Program-made: the position numbers and the translations under genes | Part shown: positions 45,068 to 55,955 of the stretch, in pieces | Numbering within the stretch: position 1 is the first letter of the stretch | Layout: the number at the start of each line of letters is the position of its first letter | Source of the DNA: Pseudomonadota bacterium | GTDB taxonomy: Bacteria; Pseudomonadota; Gammaproteobacteria; Xanthomonadales; Xanthomonadaceae | DNA: 64,000 bases | Reading direction: 5' to 3' | Assembly (NCBI GenBank): GCA_049323195.1 | Contig: JBMOOW010000120.1 | Coordinates: 4,814-68,813, forward strand | The notes under the pieces: generated by a model | Databases searched by the model: none | What the model was told of the DNA's origin: nothing | The model's input: the letters and a program-made list of their open reading frames with translations, nothing else

Positions 45068-45859
45068 CTACTTCGCGGCGGTCAGCGGTATGCGTCCGTC
45101 CAGGGCGCGGGGCGACAGGCCCAGTGCCCGGCGGTAGCGCGCGTACAGCGCGCGCACCTTCTCCACGTAGGCGCGCGTTTCGCGGTAGGGCGGCACGCCT
45201 CCGTAGCGGGCGACCACGCCTGCGCCGGCGTTGTAGGCGGCGGCTGCAAGCACCAGGTCGCCGCGGTAGCGGCGGATCAGCTGGCGCAGGTGGCGCGCGC
45301 CGCCGTCGATGGACTGCACCGGCGAATGCGGATCGGTGACTCCTAACTCCCGCGCGGTGCCCGGCATGAGCTGCATCACGCCGCGCGCGCCCTTGGGCGA
45401 GACGGCCTGCGGATCGAAGCCGCTTTCGGCATGCGCGATCGCGCGCAGGTAGGCATCGTCCACCCCCGTCTTCTTCGCCGCGGCACGGAACTGCGGCGCG
45501 AAGCGGTCCACCCGCGCCGGGCCTACGCGCCCCAGCCCCTCGTGCGCGGGCTCGCCCGGCGGCGTCTGCACGGTGAAGGACAGCACCTTGCGCGAGCCCG
45601 GCAGGTTGCGCGTGCTGTAGACGGTCCGGCCGTCCTGCTCGCGCTCGTAGAGCGTGCCCTGGACCAGGCCGAGCGCGCCCCAGAGGTTGGGAAGCTTCAC
45701 CGCGTCGTCAGGCACGTGGCGGGCTTCGCAGCGCGAGCCGGGCTCGGGTGCGGTGGCCAGGCTCACGGTGCCGCCCTGCACGCAGCGGTAGACCGTGCGT
45801 GCATGCGCGGGCCAGGCCAGCGCCGCCAGCATCAGCAGCAGGAGCAGGGCGCGGAGCAT
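45068..45859 (-). CDS. lytic transglycosylase (SLT domain) with DUF4124-like N-terminus
   Basis: 263 aa; signal peptide; AHAESGFDPQAVSPKGARGVMQLMPGTA, AAYNAG. Confidence 0.88.
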   Translation of the reverse strand: MLRALLLLLMLAALAWPAHARTVYRCVQGGTVSLATAPEPGSRCEARHVPDDAVKLPNLWGALGLVQGTLYEREQDGRTVYSTRNLPGSRKVLSFTVQTPPGEPAHEGLGRVGPARVDRFAPQFRAAAKKTGVDDAYLRAIAHAESGFDPQAVSPKGARGVMQLMPGTARELGVTDPHSPVQSIDGGARHLRQLIRRYRGDLVLAAAAYNAGAGVVARYGGVPPYRETRAYVEKVRALYARYRRALGLSPRALDGRIPLTAAK

Positions 45860-45919
45860 GGCGCGAGTCTAGGCGCCTGCCCTGCATGCGCCGCGTGGCG
45901 TTCGTCACCCTGACCAACG

Positions 45920-48349
45920 TCAGCGACCGTGGACCGCTTCCCGTGCGCTCGCGCTCAGCAACTGCAGTAGGGCCTGGAGGTCCAGCGGCTTGACCAGGTG
46001 ATGGTCGAAGCCGGCCGCCCGCGAGCGGGCGATGTCGTCGGCACTGCCATAGCCGGTGATCGCGATGAAACGGCTGTCCGCCAGCTCGGCGCGCCCGCGC
46101 AGGGCCCGCACCAGCGCCCGGCCGTCCATGCCCGGCAGGCCGATGTCGAGCAGGAAGACGTCGGGCGCGGCCGGCCAGCGCGCGGCCAGCACCGAGCGTG
46201 CGTCGGCATGCACCTCGACCTGGTGGCCGAGCAGCCGCAGGGCCTCGGCGAGCGTGACGGCGGCATCGCGGTTGTCGTCGACCACGACGACGTACAGCGG
46301 CCGGCCGGTGTCCGGGAGCGCAGCGGCATCGCCACGTGCCGGCGTCGCATCGACGGCGGGAAGATGCACCTCGAAGCGGCTGCCCCGGCCCGGGCCGTCG
46401 CTGTGCGCGGTGACGCGGCCCCCGTGCAGCTGCACGAGCTGGCGCACCAGCGCAAGGCCCAGCCCCAGGCCGCCGTGCGCGCGCTCGGGCGTGCGTCGGC
46501 CCTGCGAGAACAGCTCGAAGACATGCGGCAGCAGCGCGGCATCGATGCCCTGGCCGGTGTCGGTGACCGCGATGCAGGCCCGCTGGCCTTCGCGCCAGCC
46601 CTCCACGTCGATGCGCGAGCCTTCCGGCGAGTACTTCGCGGCGTTGTTGAGCAGGTTCGCCAGCACCTGGATCAGCCGCGTGGCATCGCCCCGCACGCAC
46701 AGGGGCGCGTCGGGCAGCGAGATCCGCAGCACGTGCCGTCGCGCATCCACGTCGGCGCGCGACTGCTCGACCGCGCCCGCCACGATCGTCGACACGTCCA
46801 GCAGGTCCTGGCGCAGCGTGATCAGGCCGCGGGTGACGCGCGACACGTCGAGCAGGTCGTCCACGAGCTCGCGGATGTGGCCGACCTGGCGGCCGATCAC
46901 GCGTGCCACCTCGCGCACGCGCACCGGGTCGTCGGCCACGCGATCGAGCAGGTGCGAGGCGGTGGCGATGGGCGCGAGCGGGTTGCGCAGCTCGTGCGCC
47001 AGCATGGCCAGGAACTCGTCCTTGCGACGGTCGGCGTCGGCCAGGGCCTGCTGGGCCAGCTTGAGGTCGTGGATGTCGGCGGAACTGCCGAACCAGCGCA
47101 CGACCTCGCCGGTGGCGGGGTCGCGCCAGGGCTCGGCGCGCACGATGAACCAGCGGTAGTCGCCGTTGGCCGCGCGCATGCGGTGCTCGAGCGTGAAGGC
47201 CTGGCCGGTGGCAAGTGCCTGCTCGAAGGCCGCGGTGGACGTGGCCAGGTCGTCGGGATGCACGAACTCCGTCATCGCGGGCCCGCGGCCATGCGGATCG
47301 ATGCTGCGGCCGGTGTAGTCCACCCACTGGCGGTTGACGAATTCCACGCTGCCGTCGCCGCGCAGGATCCACACCAGGTGTGGCACGGAGTCGGCCATCA
47401 GCCGGAAGCGTTCCTCGCTCGCCCGCAGCGCCTCGTCGTGGCGGCGACGCTCCACGTGCGGGAACACGCGCGCGGCCACGGCGCGAAGCAGCCGCAGGTC
47501 GTCGTCGCGCCAGCGTCGCGGCCTCGTGTCGGTGACCGAGACGGCGAAGCGCCACTCGCCATCGCGCAGGAAGGGTGCGATGGCGAACGCGCCGATGCCC
47601 AGCGCCGCGTAACGCGCACCGTCGACGCGCTCATCGGCCTGCACGTCGTCGACCGCGACCGAGTCGCCGTGACGCAGGGCCTCGGGGTAGTCGCCGAGCA
47701 GGATCTCGTCCAGCCGATGGCGGCCCCGCAGGGGCGGACGGCCATGCCGCCAGCTGATGGCGACTTGCAGGATCCCGGCCGCCTCGTCGACCTCGCTGAA
47801 CTCGCAGCTTCGCGCGTCGAGCAGGCGCGCGAGACCTTCCGCGGCGTGCCCGAGCACGTCGTCGAGCGCGGCCCCGCGCGCGATGTCGTCGGAGATGTTG
47901 GCCAGCAGCACGCGCCGCGCCTCGACGCGCTTCTGCTCCGTGACGTCGCGCACCTCGAGCACCATGCTCACGGCCGCATCGCCCTCGCGGATCACGGTCG
48001 CGGCGTAGGCCATGTCATAAGCGTGGCCGTCGCGGTGGATGAACACGCCCTCGCCACGCATCGGACCGGAGCCCGCGAAGCCGTCGCCGATCGGCAAAGG
48101 GTCGCCGTCCGGTCGCGCGCGGTGGATGAGCTCGTGCAGCACGCGCCCGCGCAGTTCCTCGAGCGTGTAGCCGGTGACCGCCTCGGCCGCGGGGTTCATG
48201 TAGACGCAGCGCGACTCGGCATCCGTGATCAGCAGCGCCGCCGTGGCGTTGTTGAGGATGTCGTCGAGGTGGCTGCGCGCGCCGCTCATGCCTGCAGGTC
48301 CCGCGGGGGTCCTGCGGGCAGTATCCGGCAAGTCGGCTTCCGGCGACAT
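45920..48349 (-). CDS. hybrid sensor histidine kinase/response regulator (PAS-GAF-PAS-HisKA-HATPase-REC)
   Basis: 809 aa; H-box FLAMLAHELRNPL, N/G boxes NLLNNAAKY, DTGQGI, GGLGLGL; receiver VVVDDN...FLLDIGLPGMDG. Confidence 0.9.
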   Translation of the reverse strand: MSPEADLPDTARRTPAGPAGMSGARSHLDDILNNATAALLITDAESRCVYMNPAAEAVTGYTLEELRGRVLHELIHRARPDGDPLPIGDGFAGSGPMRGEGVFIHRDGHAYDMAYAATVIREGDAAVSMVLEVRDVTEQKRVEARRVLLANISDDIARGAALDDVLGHAAEGLARLLDARSCEFSEVDEAAGILQVAISWRHGRPPLRGRHRLDEILLGDYPEALRHGDSVAVDDVQADERVDGARYAALGIGAFAIAPFLRDGEWRFAVSVTDTRPRRWRDDDLRLLRAVAARVFPHVERRRHDEALRASEERFRLMADSVPHLVWILRGDGSVEFVNRQWVDYTGRSIDPHGRGPAMTEFVHPDDLATSTAAFEQALATGQAFTLEHRMRAANGDYRWFIVRAEPWRDPATGEVVRWFGSSADIHDLKLAQQALADADRRKDEFLAMLAHELRNPLAPIATASHLLDRVADDPVRVREVARVIGRQVGHIRELVDDLLDVSRVTRGLITLRQDLLDVSTIVAGAVEQSRADVDARRHVLRISLPDAPLCVRGDATRLIQVLANLLNNAAKYSPEGSRIDVEGWREGQRACIAVTDTGQGIDAALLPHVFELFSQGRRTPERAHGGLGLGLALVRQLVQLHGGRVTAHSDGPGRGSRFEVHLPAVDATPARGDAAALPDTGRPLYVVVVDDNRDAAVTLAEALRLLGHQVEVHADARSVLAARWPAAPDVFLLDIGLPGMDGRALVRALRGRAELADSRFIAITGYGSADDIARSRAAGFDHHLVKPLDLQALLQLLSASAREAVHGR

Positions 48350-48410
48350 CGTGGGCGCCGTGTTGGTGCGGACGCGACGCCCCGGGCGGGCGTCGCCGTC
48401 GCCGTGCCGC

Positions 48411-48671
48411 TCAGTCGCCGCGGGTGGTGCCCGCGCGGTCCTCGCCCCGGCGGCCGCCGCGGCGATGGGCCACCGAGTCGTCGTAGCGCCCGGAACCGTT
48501 GCTGTCGCGGTCGCGCTGCTCGTCCTCGAAGTACTCGCCGCGGGTTTCCAGATCCACGCCGTGGAGACGGTTCGCGGTGGCCTGCGGCTGCTGCGGGCCG
48601 GTCATGTTCTCGCGGCTGCCGCTGGCGACGCCGCGGTCGGACTCGAGGGGAGACTTGCCTGGGCCGGCCAT
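48411..48671 (-). CDS. small hydrophilic protein, unknown function
   Basis: 86 aa; strongly GC3-biased frame, charged low-complexity composition. Confidence 0.5.
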   Translation of the reverse strand: MAGPGKSPLESDRGVASGSRENMTGPQQPQATANRLHGVDLETRGEYFEDEQRDRDSNGSGRYDDSVAHRRGGRRGEDRAGTTRGD

Positions 48672-48749
48672 GTCGCGCTCCTTCGGGACGGGAGGACCAG
48701 CCTTGCATCGCCGGCGTTAGGCGACGGCGAGCACCGGGTGCGTGTCGCG

Positions 48750-49160
48750 TTAGCGGCGCCGCCGTCGCCGCGGCGGAACACGCCACCAGGCCAGCGCCAC
48801 CAGGGCCGCGAAGGCCGTGTAGGCCGCCACGAAGGCCCACCACGGCGCTTCGTAGAAGATCAGCCGCGCCAGCCAGTGCTCGATGAAGGATTCGCCGTAC
48901 GTCGCCTGCCCGGCGTGGCGGCGCAGCCCCTGTTCCCAGGTCGTGAGCGGGCAGACGGCGCCGAGCCAGGCCTGCAGTGCCACCACGCCCATCAGCGCGG
49001 CATGCACGGCGCGCCAACGACGACCGCGCACCCAGCGCCAGCGTCGCGCGCCGACCAGGATCGCGACCATCCCGACAACCACGAAGGCCACCACGCCCAC
49101 GTGCAGCACCAGCAGCGTGTCGGCCAACAGGGCGGCGACGGTGGGTGTCAGCCGGTCCAT
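48750..49160 (-). CDS. DUF2784-family membrane protein
   Basis: 136 aa; hydrophobic helices and CPLTTWEQGLRR motif. Confidence 0.72.
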   Translation of the reverse strand: MDRLTPTVAALLADTLLVLHVGVVAFVVVGMVAILVGARRWRWVRGRRWRAVHAALMGVVALQAWLGAVCPLTTWEQGLRRHAGQATYGESFIEHWLARLIFYEAPWWAFVAAYTAFAALVALAWWRVPPRRRRRR

Positions 49161-49488
49161 GGCCGGTTTCCGGGCGGCTCCCGCGTCGCGCGCAGGCCCA
49201 TGCGCCTGCGCGACGGGATCATGGTGCGCATCCGCGGCCTGCCCCCGCCGTGGCGGCCGGCCGGTGGCCGCATCGCATCGGGATCATTGCGTGTCGGTGT
49301 GTTCGCATGCATGGCCCGGCCTCGATGGGCAGGCATCACCGTCGTAGCCCCCGCCGGGTCGAGCAGGCGTGGAGGGCCGGGCAGGGACGGCCGATGGCGG
49401 ACGGACGGCAGGCCGCGGTGCGCCGGCGGTCGCCTCGGGCTGGGTATCATCACGGCCGCTTGCCACCGGCAGGAGCAGGGTTCGCCGC

Positions 49489-49767
49489 ATGCAGTACTAC
49501 GCCTTCATCGAGCGCGACGCCGAGCGCCAGTATTCGATCACCCTGCCGGACTTCCCGGGGTGCACCACCCGCGCGTCCAGCCTGGGCGCCATCACCGACG
49601 CGGCCCAGCAGGCCGTGTCCGTACACCTGGCCTCCTGCGTCACGCCGCTGGGCAAGCCCATGCGCGCCGAAACGCTGCCGCCGTCGTTCGAAGCGCGCGA
49701 GGGTTACTGGATGCTGGTCGACCTCTCGCCGGTGATCGCCAAGTACCCGCCGGGCGTCGGCTGGTAA
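49489..49767 (+). CDS. HicB-like antitoxin-fold protein (no hicA seen nearby)
   Basis: ATG at 49489; MQYYAFIERDAERQYSITLPDFPGCTTRASSLGAITDAAQQAV. Confidence 0.65.
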   Translation: MQYYAFIERDAERQYSITLPDFPGCTTRASSLGAITDAAQQAVSVHLASCVTPLGKPMRAETLPPSFEAREGYWMLVDLSPVIAKYPPGVGW

Positions 49768-49963
49768 TCCCGCGCCATGGGAGACGAATCGTGCGCTGCG
49801 CAGGTAGGGCATGCGCGTCCGTAAGCGCGAAGGTTTCGCAGTGCATCGACCGGGGGCGGCACGACCTGAACGTCATGCAACGCGCCTGCGGCGAACGAGG
49901 TCGCGGCCGCCGATGCGGCGCTAGCTTGCAAGCGGGCGTTCCCGCCCTTGCGAGGAGAAGCCG

Positions 49964-50365
49964 ATGGCCGTGTCCGCGTATTCCGCGTCCGACCGAGATG
50001 CCCGCATCGCCGAGATCAACATCACGCCGCTGGTGGACGTGATGCTCGTATTGCTGGTCATCTTCATGATCGCCGCGCCGGCCGTCACCGGCACGCTGTC
50101 CACGCGCCTGCCCGCCGACAGCCAGCGCGTCGACGCGGTACCGCCCCGCGCGGAACTCAGCGTGGACGCCAGCGGTGGCTTCGCGCTGGATGGCCGCGCG
50201 CTCACCCGCGATGCCCTGCAGGCCGAGCTGGCTGCACTGGCCCGGCGCAGCCCGCGGGCCGTCGTCGAGATCGCCGCCTCGCGCGAGGCCGATTACCAGG
50301 CCTTCGCCACCGCGCTTTCCACCGCGCGCGCCGGCGGCATCGAGAACATCACCTTCCGCCGCTGA
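49964..50365 (+). CDS. exbD: ExbD/TolR-family biopolymer transport protein
   Basis: 133 aa; IAEINITPLVDVMLVLLVIFMIAAP. Confidence 0.85.
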   Translation: MAVSAYSASDRDARIAEINITPLVDVMLVLLVIFMIAAPAVTGTLSTRLPADSQRVDAVPPRAELSVDASGGFALDGRALTRDALQAELAALARRSPRAVVEIAASREADYQAFATALSTARAGGIENITFRR

Positions 50366-50764
50366 TCGCGTGGCGGTCAGGGCGGCGGCCGCGGTCGTCG
50401 CCCTTTCCCTTCTCCCTGCGATGACTCCCGCTGGCGATGTCCGTGCCCATCGCGATCGCGTAGCTCACGATCGCGCTTTACAGGCTCACCAGCGAGAAGC
50501 TCCTCGACAGGTCCGGCCGTAGGGCGCGTTCGATTCGCCGTGCATGCATGGCGCGGCGTGTTCGACCATGCCATCGCGACCGCGGCGGCTGCGCAGGACA
50601 CGCGCGAACCCAGCCGCGTCCACACAGGACGCGGCACGGCCGCGCAAGATCGCACGACCACGCCGGCTTCGCATCGGTGAACGCTCCGCGCCCGCCGCGG
50701 CGCAGCTTCACGCCCGCCCGACCGCGCGCGGGAAGGATGCGGTGATCCGCACAGGGCCATCGCC

Positions 50765-51916
50765 ATGACCATGATCCGACCCCATCGCCTCGCCTTCGCG
50801 CTTGCCGGCGCGCTCACCGCCTGCGGGCTCGCGGCCTGCACGCGCACGCCTTCGCCCGCGGCCGACACAGCCCCCGCGCAGGACGTAGCCCCCCCGCCCA
50901 CCGCGGCCACTGGCGCCGGCGCGCCCGATTCGGCCACCGGCACGCCGGGCATGCAGGACGGCCAGCCGGGGGCGCCCGGCAAGCCGCTGCCCGCGGCCAC
51001 CGGTGGAAATACCGCCACGCCCGTGCAACCGGCGCCGGCACCCGTGGTGGCCGCCGCGGCCGACGCGGAACTTCCCGAGGACAGCCCCTTGCGCGCGCAG
51101 GTGCTGCTGGAACGCGCGTTCTTCTCGCCCGGCGAGATCGACGGCGCGGCCGGCGGCAACCTCGCGCGCGCCGTGCGCGCCTACCAGCGCGCGCAGGGCA
51201 TCACCGAAAGCGGCAAGCTCGACGCCGCCACGTGGGAGAAGTTGAACGTCGACACCGCGCCCATCCTCGTCGAGTACACCCTGACCGCCGAGGACGTGGC
51301 CGGTCCCTTCGGCAAGGTGCCCACGCAGCCGATGGAGATGGCCAAGCTCGACGCGCTCCCCTACGAGTCGGTCGAGGAGAAGATCGCCGAGAAGTTCCAC
51401 ATGAGCCCGGCGCTGCTGAAGAAGCTCAACCCGCAGGCCGACCTTGCAACCGCCGGTACGAAGATCACCGTGCCGCACGTGGCGCCCGGGGAGAACCTGC
51501 CCGCACCGGCGCGCATCGTGGTCGACGAGTCCGATGCCCAGCTCCTGCTCGAGGACTCCGCCGGAAAGGTGCTGGGCGCGTTCCCCGTCACCACCGGCAG
51601 CCAGCAGTTCCCGCTGCCCATCGGCGACTGGAAGATCCTCGGCGTCTCCCGCGATCCGGTCTGGCACTACGACCCCAAGCTCATCGCCGGCAGCCGCAAG
51701 ACCGACCGCAAGGCCGAGATCCCGCCGGGGCCGAACAATCCGGTGGGCACCACGTGGATCGACCTGTCGAAGGAGCACTACGGCATCCATGGCACGCCGA
51801 ACCCGGCGAAGGTGGGCAAGACCGAATCCAATGGCTGCATCCGCATGACCAACTGGAGCGCGGCGGCGCTGGCGAAGGTCGTCACCACCGGCATGCCGGT
51901 GTCGATGCGCCGCTGA
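50765..51916 (+). CDS. L,D-transpeptidase (YkuD family) lipoprotein
   Basis: 383 aa; lipobox LTACG; PG-binding-like repeat; catalytic [20 protein letters not shown]. Confidence 0.88.
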   Translation: MTMIRPHRLAFALAGALTACGLAACTRTPSPAADTAPAQDVAPPPTAATGAGAPDSATGTPGMQDGQPGAPGKPLPAATGGNTATPVQPAPAPVVAAAADAELPEDSPLRAQVLLERAFFSPGEIDGAAGGNLARAVRAYQRAQGITESGKLDAATWEKLNVDTAPILVEYTLTAEDVAGPFGKVPTQPMEMAKLDALPYESVEEKIAEKFHMSPALLKKLNPQADLATAGTKITVPHVAPGENLPAPARIVVDESDAQLLLEDSAGKVLGAFPVTTGSQQFPLPIGDWKILGVSRDPVWHYDPKLIAGSRKTDRKAEIPPGPNNPVGTTWIDLSKEHYGIHGTPNPAKVGKTESNGCIRMTNWSAAALAKVVTTGMPVSMRR

Positions 51917-51967
51917 CCCGCGGTCGACACGCCCGGCCGCGCTGCGCGGCCGGGCGTGCGTCGCCGC

Positions 51968-52762
51968 TCAGTGCGCGGTCGAATGCGTGGCCAGGCGTGC
52001 CGGCAGGCCACGGCGATGGAGGAACACCGTCTGCGCGACGAGTACGGCCGCCACCGCGAGCGCGGCCCAGGCCATGACGTCGGCGCCGGGCAGGTTCCAA
52101 CCGGACTGCTTCACGAACACCGCGACCAGCGCCCACACGGCGGCCAGCACGTAGGGCAACAGGCCGCGCAGCGCGCGGTTCACCGCGAGCAGCGTGAAGG
52201 CCGCCACGACCAGCAACGGCAGGCTCCAGCCCAGCATGCGGTCGGCCGGCAGCAACCGCTCGGCGACGAGCACCTGGGCGAGGTTGAGGAAGGCCGCGAG
52301 CGACAGCCAGCCCGCGTGCAGCCCGAGCGCCCAGCGTGCGATCGCATCGCGGCCCGGCTGTCCATGGCGAACCACCTGCACCGCGGCCGCGACCATGCAG
52401 GCCAGCGCGCCGAAGATCACGGCCAGGCAGATCCAGTACAGGCCCATCGAGAACAGCGGCATCCACACTGTCGTCAGCAGGAAACCGGCGGCGGCCGGCA
52501 TCGCGGCCAGCGTGAGCGCACGCTCCCTGCGTCGCGGGCCGCCGAGCTGCCAGATGGCGTAGGCGAGATCGAGCAGGAAGATCAGCCCCCAGATCGAGAA
52601 CGCATAGCCCGCCGCGACCAGCAGCGTGGGATAGCGATCCGAGACCTCGCCGTTGGTGGGGCCGAACACGCCCTGCTGGTTCATCCACGCGGTGAGTGGC
52701 ATGAGCAGCGCGAACAGCAGGACGACAAGACGCATGGTGGCGATTCCGGAACGTGGCCGCAT
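51968..52762 (-). CDS. multi-pass membrane protein, unknown function
   Basis: 264-aa ORF, probable start at 52735 (MRLVVLLFALL); about seven hydrophobic segments. Confidence 0.6.
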   Translation of the reverse strand: MRPRSGIATMRLVVLLFALLMPLTAWMNQQGVFGPTNGEVSDRYPTLLVAAGYAFSIWGLIFLLDLAYAIWQLGGPRRRERALTLAAMPAAAGFLLTTVWMPLFSMGLYWICLAVIFGALACMVAAAVQVVRHGQPGRDAIARWALGLHAGWLSLAAFLNLAQVLVAERLLPADRMLGWSLPLLVVAAFTLLAVNRALRGLLPYVLAAVWALVAVFVKQSGWNLPGADVMAWAALAVAAVLVAQTVFLHRRGLPARLATHSTAH

Positions 52763-52906
52763 TACGGTCCGCCGCGCGCGGTGAGAGGCGAATGAAGCCT
52801 GCGCGCATGTCGATGCTCAGGCATCGCGCGCATGCCCGCGCGCTGCCTGCAGACAGCACGACGCGCGAAACCGGGGGGTTCCGCGCGCCGGTGTTACGCC
52901 CTGCCT

Positions 52907-53146
52907 TCAGCGTTCGCGGCTGCCCTGGCCGCCGCCGCGGCTGCCGCCACCACTGGCCTCGCCGCCCTTGCGGCCGGCTTCGCGTGCCTCTTCGGACGTG
53001 AACTCGTGCGCATTGCCGCTGCGATGCGCCGCGCGACCGCCCTCGGAGGCGATTTCGCGCTGCTGCTCCTTGTCCATGGATGCGAATCCGCGATTGCTCT
53101 CGCCCTGCTTGCCGCCCTGGCTGCCGCCTTGGTTCTGCTTGGCCAT
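52907..53146 (-). CDS. KGG-repeat general stress protein (YciG-like)
   Basis: ATG at 53146; MAKQNQGGSQGGKQGESNRGFASMDKEQQREIASEGGRAAH...EEAREAGRKGGEASGG. Confidence 0.72.
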   Translation of the reverse strand: MAKQNQGGSQGGKQGESNRGFASMDKEQQREIASEGGRAAHRSGNAHEFTSEEAREAGRKGGEASGGGSRGGGQGSRER

Positions 53147-53416
53147 GTCGCCTCTCCTGCTGCTCGAAAAATGGGATGGAACGAGCCGGGTGCCGGCCCG
53201 CGAGCAGGATCGGCAGGGGTGCAGTAAGGCAATGGGACGAAGCTGTTGCGTGGAACTTAATTCCGCCCGTTTTCCCGCGATGCCCACAACGGTTCATCGT
53301 CGTCAGGCCGGCGGTGGCGCAGGCGGCAGTGCCGGTGCCGGGGCGATCAGCCGGTGCCGTCGCCGGTGAGCGGGCGGCCATGCGCACCCGCTGGACGGCA
53401 GGATCCGGCGCGCCGC

Positions 53417-55048
53417 CTAGGCGCGACCGGAGTCCGCGCTCAGGCCGGCGATCCGGCGCTGGATGTCCTCGAGCCGCACGCCGCGCGTCTCCACGCCGCT
53501 GCGCCAGAGCATCACGGCCGAGACCGCCATCGGTATCGCGATCAGCAGCGCCGAGAGCGCGAAATGGGTGAAGAAGCCGAGCACGCCCAGCCCGGCGCCG
53601 ACGATGCCGCCGAACTTCGAGCTCGCGGCGATCACGCCCGAGCCCGTGCCGCGCAGGTGCACCGGGTAGATTTCGGCCGCATACGGGATCAGCATCGCGA
53701 TCACGCCGCTCACGCTGACCAGCAATGCGGCGGTGGCGACGATGGTGAGCGGCTCCGAGCGCAGGCCGAGCAGGTCCAGCGCGGCGAAGGCCAGCAGCGA
53801 CAGCGTGGTGAGTCCGATGAACAGCACCAGCGCGCGATAGCTGCTCCAGCGATGGTAGAGCCAGATGACCACGGCGATGCCCGGCAGCGCGTACACGGCG
53901 GACTTCGCGAGCAGCGCGCTCGCCGCCTTGGGGTCGATGCCGAGCTCGGCCAGGTTCACCGGCAGCCACAGCAGCACGCCGAAGTTCACCAGGCCCCAGG
54001 CGGTGCCGCAGACCAGCAGGCCCCAGCTGATGCGTGCATGCCGGCCGCGCAGCAACTGCCGCAGGCCCTGCGCGGCATGGTGTTCCTCGATCTGCGGCGC
54101 GCCCGGGTGCGCTGCGTCGTCGCGTTCCACCGCGTGCGTCGCGCCGCCGGAAAACCTGCGCAGCACCGCGCGCGCCACGTGCCCGAGCCCGGCATTGGAC
54201 AGAAAGCGCGGCGACTCGGGGATGTAGCGGTTGAGGAAGAGGATGATCGCGCCGGTCGGCAGCCCCAGCAGCCAGAGCACGCGCCACGAGAACAGCGGCT
54301 CCAGCGTCGCCGCCGCGCCGGCGGCGATCAGGTAACCCGCCGACGTGCCCACGCCGCCCAGTGCGACCAGCAGCCAGCCTCGATGCGCGGCCGGCACCGT
54401 CTCCGCCATCAGCGTGAAGGTGATCGGCAGCAGGCCACCGGCCGATGCGCCCATCAGGAAGCACATGGCGAGGTTCCAGCCGAAGCTCGGCATCGCGCCG
54501 CAGATCGCGGTGCCCACGAACATGAGGGCCGACAGCAGGATGGCGGCACGCCGCCCGAACGCGTCCGCGATGCGGCCCCAGACCACCGAGCCCACCGTGG
54601 TGCCGGTGAGCGCGCTCAGCGCGAGCAGGCTGGCCGTCGGCTTGCTGATCCCGTACTCGGTGCTCATTCCCGGCACCACGAAGCCGAGCGTGGCCGGCTT
54701 CATCACGTCGATGGCGAGCGTCACCACCAGCACCGCGACCAGCTTCCAGTGCTCGCGGTTGAGCGGCACGCCGTCGGCCACGTGGAAGTGCAGGGCAGGG
54801 CCGGCCTGCGCCAGGCGGTCGCGGCGGGCGCGCGGCGGCATCAGCCCGTAGCAGGACAGTGCCAGGCCCACGGGAATGGCCGTCATGCCGAGCCACATCT
54901 CGGTGGTCATCGGCATGCCGACCATCTGCCAGTGCGTGTGCCGGCCCATCATGAACATCGGGACGTGGGCGAGCACGCCCGCGGTAATCAGCGCGCAGCC
55001 GAGCCAGAAGGCCCAGCGATGATGGAAGGAGATGCCGTCGGCGTTCAT
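53417..55048 (-). CDS. MFS transporter
   Basis: 543 aa; 12-14 hydrophobic helices, GRIADAFGRR loop motif. Confidence 0.88.
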   Translation of the reverse strand: MNADGISFHHRWAFWLGCALITAGVLAHVPMFMMGRHTHWQMVGMPMTTEMWLGMTAIPVGLALSCYGLMPPRARRDRLAQAGPALHFHVADGVPLNREHWKLVAVLVVTLAIDVMKPATLGFVVPGMSTEYGISKPTASLLALSALTGTTVGSVVWGRIADAFGRRAAILLSALMFVGTAICGAMPSFGWNLAMCFLMGASAGGLLPITFTLMAETVPAAHRGWLLVALGGVGTSAGYLIAAGAAATLEPLFSWRVLWLLGLPTGAIILFLNRYIPESPRFLSNAGLGHVARAVLRRFSGGATHAVERDDAAHPGAPQIEEHHAAQGLRQLLRGRHARISWGLLVCGTAWGLVNFGVLLWLPVNLAELGIDPKAASALLAKSAVYALPGIAVVIWLYHRWSSYRALVLFIGLTTLSLLAFAALDLLGLRSEPLTIVATAALLVSVSGVIAMLIPYAAEIYPVHLRGTGSGVIAASSKFGGIVGAGLGVLGFFTHFALSALLIAIPMAVSAVMLWRSGVETRGVRLEDIQRRIAGLSADSGRA

Positions 55049-55151
55049 GCGGGCCCCTGGAGTGCGCGCAGTCTATCGGCCCGCGCGCCGACCGGTGCGC
55101 CCCACCGGCCGCCGCGCTAGGCTTGGCGCGACCCACAAAGGACCTGTCACG

Positions 55152-55955
55152 ATGGACCGTCGCCTCGCCCTTCTGCCCCTGCTCGCGCTCGCCGCCCCGT
55201 CCGGCGCCGCCGACCGCGGGCCGCCGCCGTCCCCGGCCTGTGCGGACGCACGCAGCGTGGTGGAGATGGTGCAGAGCGACGACCACACGCTGGCGGTGAG
55301 GCTGGCCGACGGGTCGCGTTTCCGCCTCGATCTCGCGCTGCGCTGCCCCGGCATCGCCGACGAACCGCAGGCGACGCTGGTGAGCCCCGGTGGCTGGGCC
55401 TGCGGGCGCGCGAAGGAGGCCGTGGTGGCCGGGCCGCGCGCCTGCCCCATCGCCCACGTCCAGCGCATCGACGCCCGCACCTACGCCGCCCACGCGATGG
55501 ACGGCGCGCGCGCCGGCCAGCCGGCCGTGCTGGGCAACGTCACGGTCACGGGCGAGCGGCGGCGCGGCTTCGTCGGTTCGCCGTCCTACTGCGTCAATAC
55601 CAACCACATGCGCGGCTGGAGCGAGGACGCGAAGGGGCTGATCGTCGAGGTCTCGCCGGTGCGCTCGGGCGGGCATCGCTATTACCGCGTCGAACTCGGC
55701 GCCGGCTGCCAGGGGCTCACCGATGCCGTGCACCTGAACCTGGTATCGCGCGTGGGCAATGCGATGGTCTGCGGTTTCGCCGGGGACGAGGCCATCTTCA
55801 CCGGCGACCTGGCCGCGTCGGGCGTGGCCGGTGCGTTCGACACCGGGCGCAGGCTGCGCGACATGCCCGACGCCGGCCGCTGCCCCGTATCCGAGGTCTA
55901 TCCCATCGAACGCGCGGAGGCCGACGAGGTCGCCTCGCTCAGGCCAGCATCGTGA
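55152..55955 (+). CDS. secreted Cys-rich hypothetical protein
   Basis: ATG at 55152; signal peptide MDRRLALLPLLALAAPSGAA. Confidence 0.55.
   Translation: MDRRLALLPLLALAAPSGAADRGPPPSPACADARSVVEMVQSDDHTLAVRLADGSRFRLDLALRCPGIADEPQATLVSPGGWACGRAKEAVVAGPRACPIAHVQRIDARTYAAHAMDGARAGQPAVLGNVTVTGERRRGFVGSPSYCVNTNHMRGWSEDAKGLIVEVSPVRSGGHRYYRVELGAGCQGLTDAVHLNLVSRVGNAMVCGFAGDEAIFTGDLAASGVAGAFDTGRRLRDMPDAGRCPVSEVYPIERAEADEVASLRPAS

Noticed and set aside
51882-55733. 1283-aa minus-strand ORF
   Set aside because: It runs across several genes with good motifs in other frames or strands (membrane protein, KGG protein, MFS transporter). Arg/Gly/Pro-rich.
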